Below, in pieces: positions 62,198 through 64,000 of a stretch of DNA of 64,000 nt. The DNA is from Calditrichia bacterium (GTDB lineage: Bacteria; Calditrichota; Calditrichia; JAJRVZ01). A program made the position numbers and the translations under genes. The first letter of the stretch is position 1. Every line of letters begins with the position of its first letter. The notes under the pieces were generated by a model. The model did no database searches. It was given only the letters and a program-made list of their open reading frames with translations, and had not been told where the DNA came from. The stretch is taken from assembly GCA_963796965.1 (NCBI GenBank), contig CAWCNS010000007.1, forward strand, positions 96,001 through 160,000, in the 5' to 3' direction.

Positions 62198-62590
62198 ATG
62201 AGTGTTATACGAAAGTTTTTAGGTCCAAAATCCAAGTATGATAAAACCATACCTTATACGTATATGGCACGTGTTCCCGTGCTGGAGGGAGACAAAGACC
62301 TGTATAATTTCTATTTTGCTGATACCATCTGTGGTCTTATCGAATACCTTGATGATCACGATATTAGCCCAACAGAAGCAGAGATTTTAGGACTCTATAA
62401 AAAAGAAGAGATTCCTTTGGCTATTGAAAGTTGTATTTCTAAGGAAGGAAAGTGGCTCAGTCGGCCAGATATTTGTAGATCTCTCGAAAACCAATACCGA
62501 AACACACTTGAGGAAAAATATAAAGGGCATGTGGAGATTGGATCTTGTTCTTATGAGGATCGGGAGCGTGAGGGGAGCGGACCTTTCTAA
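62198..62590 (+). CDS. Hypothetical protein
   Basis: Good RBS (GGAG) and a 130-aa ORF; no recognised family. Confidence 0.65.
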   Translation: MSVIRKFLGPKSKYDKTIPYTYMARVPVLEGDKDLYNFYFADTICGLIEYLDDHDISPTEAEILGLYKKEEIPLAIESCISKEGKWLSRPDICRSLENQYRNTLEEKYKGHVEIGSCSYEDREREGSGPF

Positions 62591-62647
62591 TTGTCAATGA
62601 ACACTTATCAATGATCAATTGATCTACTTAATTGTTTATCTGATTTT

Positions 62648-63028
62648 TAAACACAAAGTACACCAAGAAGGCAAAATAATAGAGTAATATTATCAACTGT
62701 AGTTTAATATAAATTTAATTGGTATTGAATATAAGATTGACAATCATGTGAGATTAAAATCCTAATATAATTTTTTGCATTCTTTGCGGTCTTTGCGTCT
62801 TTGCGTGAAAAAAACTTTAAAAAAAAATAGTATCACGAAAGACACGAAGAAGTCGTGAAGCCCACGAAGATTTTTGATTAATAATTCTGATTACAAAAAT
62901 CATTTTTAGAAAACTACAATTTAGGGAGGCACAATTTAAAGCCTAGTTATCTTTTTTAAATTTGCATCTCTGCGTGAGAAAAACAAAACACATAGAACAC
63001 AATAGGGTAGCCCTAGGGCCTCTGTGGT
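62648..63028. repeat. Cluster of family A/B repeat arms
   Basis: AAACACAAAGTACACCAAG; CTTTGCGGTCTTTGCGTCTTTGCGTGA; CACGAAAGACACGAAG; CTCTGCGTGAGA; AAACACATAGAACAC..CTCTGTGGT. Confidence 0.75.
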
Positions 63029-63064
63029 AATAAATTTAACTAAAAGTAAAGATGAGGAATTTAA

Positions 63065-63790
63065 ATGAAAATTATATGGATTTTTATCGCTGGAGTTTTA
63101 TTTATGAATACAATTGGATGTGGTGAATCAAATACGGTTGTAGATGAAGGAAAACTGCGTCATGTGGTTTTGTTTAAGTTTAAAGATGATGCATCTGGGG
63201 CTCAGGTAAAAGCCATTGAGACTGCTTTTCGAAATCTACCGGGTAAAATACCTGAGATTATTGATTTTGAGTGGGGAACGAATATAAGTAAGGAAGGGAA
63301 AAGTCAGGGATTTACACATTGTTTTTTAGTGACTTTTGAAGATGAAGTAGGTCGCGGTGTATATCTGCCTCATCCGGAACATAAGGCTTTTGTGGAATTG
63401 CTCGGCCCCTCCCTCGATAAAGTCCTGGTCATCGATTACAATGCACAGAAAAATATTATCTCTGAGGAGTCATATGAAACTATTGGGAAACTACGCCACG
63501 TTGTCCTTTTTAAATGGAAAGATGATACTTCTCCTGAGCAAGTTTTAACAAACGAAAAGGCATTTGCTTCCTTGCCTCGACAAATCAATACCATTAAAGC
63601 CTTTGAGTGGGGAGATGATTGTAGCGTTGAAGGATTATCTGACGGTTTTTCTCACTGTTTCCTTTTAACCTTTGATGATAATGCTGGCATTGAAACATAT
63701 CTTCCTCACCCAGCACACAAAGAATTTGGAAAGGTTATTCGTGCATCAAAGGAAAAGGTATTGGTTTTTGACTATGTTGCATCAAAATGA
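63065..63790 (+). CDS. Lipoprotein with two Dabb (stress-responsive A/B barrel) domains
   Basis: Lipobox-like TIGC. Two copies of LRHVVLFK..FEWG..GF(T/S)HCF..YLPHPxH. Confidence 0.9.
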   Translation: MKIIWIFIAGVLFMNTIGCGESNTVVDEGKLRHVVLFKFKDDASGAQVKAIETAFRNLPGKIPEIIDFEWGTNISKEGKSQGFTHCFLVTFEDEVGRGVYLPHPEHKAFVELLGPSLDKVLVIDYNAQKNIISEESYETIGKLRHVVLFKWKDDTSPEQVLTNEKAFASLPRQINTIKAFEWGDDCSVEGLSDGFSHCFLLTFDDNAGIETYLPHPAHKEFGKVIRASKEKVLVFDYVASK

Positions 63791-63831
63791 ATCACGTGTG
63801 ACTATTCACCCCTTAATCAGAGGAATAAATA

Positions 63832-64000
63832 ATGTACCGACGAGATTTTATGAGGACAAGCGCTTTAGCATTGGGTCTTACACCAGCTCTCTGGGGATGT
63901 GGATCAAAACCGGTGAAAAATGATTCTGGATTAACATCTTACTCAAATCCTATTGCCCTGGCGACCTATTCATTCTGGCGTTTTAAAAAGGAACTTAAAT
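63832..64000 (+). CDS. Tat-signal (lipo)protein, possibly sugar-phosphate isomerase/epimerase family, 3'-partial
   Basis: MYRRDFMRTSALALG..WGC..PIALATYSFWRF; the frame is open to the window end. Confidence 0.55.
   Translation, partial: MYRRDFMRTSALALGLTPALWGCGSKPVKNDSGLTSYSNPIALATYSFWRFKKELK

Noticed and set aside
1..64000. Integron integrase, transposase, cas, tRNA (including selC) or rRNA genes
   Set aside because: None were recognised in the ORF track or by eye. A covariance-model search would be needed to exclude small RNAs.

Overview
This 64-kb window is AT-rich bacterial DNA, almost all on the + strand. An FCB-group lineage such as KSB1 or Calditrichota is likely, inferred from an NFPNPFN-type C-terminal sorting domain, lipoprotein/Tat signals and gene content. 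It has four parts. (1) 1-27.5 kb is a carbohydrate/hydrolase cluster: C45 NTN-hydrolase, GH31, beta-helix protein, URO-D-like, PL11-like, PL1-like, GH92, PL22-like, two ceramidase-family proteins, a sulfatase, a serine hydrolase and an FGE-domain fusion. It also holds a DUF1573 gene with an in-frame UGA at the CGC motif followed by a SECIS-like hairpin, a probable selenoprotein. (2) 27.5-43.9 kb is an accessory region with several attC-like sites and no integrase (CALIN-like). One cassette carries a full PEP carboxylase gene. The region also has a decayed GxxExxY gene bounded by inverted repeats and a 10 x 23-bp palindromic tandem array. (3) 44.0-59.8 kb is a PVM-like rhamnose microcompartment locus: DeoR, PduL, 3 BMC-H, 4 BMC-P, PduT, PduS, aldehyde dehydrogenase, class II aldolase, AckA, RhaB, RhaI and a permease. 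(4) 59.8-64 kb has an APC-EIIA-TrkA_C fusion, a hypothetical protein, a Dabb protein and a partial Tat protein. Most intergenic gaps in the operon-like parts hold repeat elements from at least five families, and the commonest family shares its termini with the GxxExxY element. About ten genes are split by single-base indels, most likely long-read consensus errors. All calls come from motif recognition by eye; no database searches were run.
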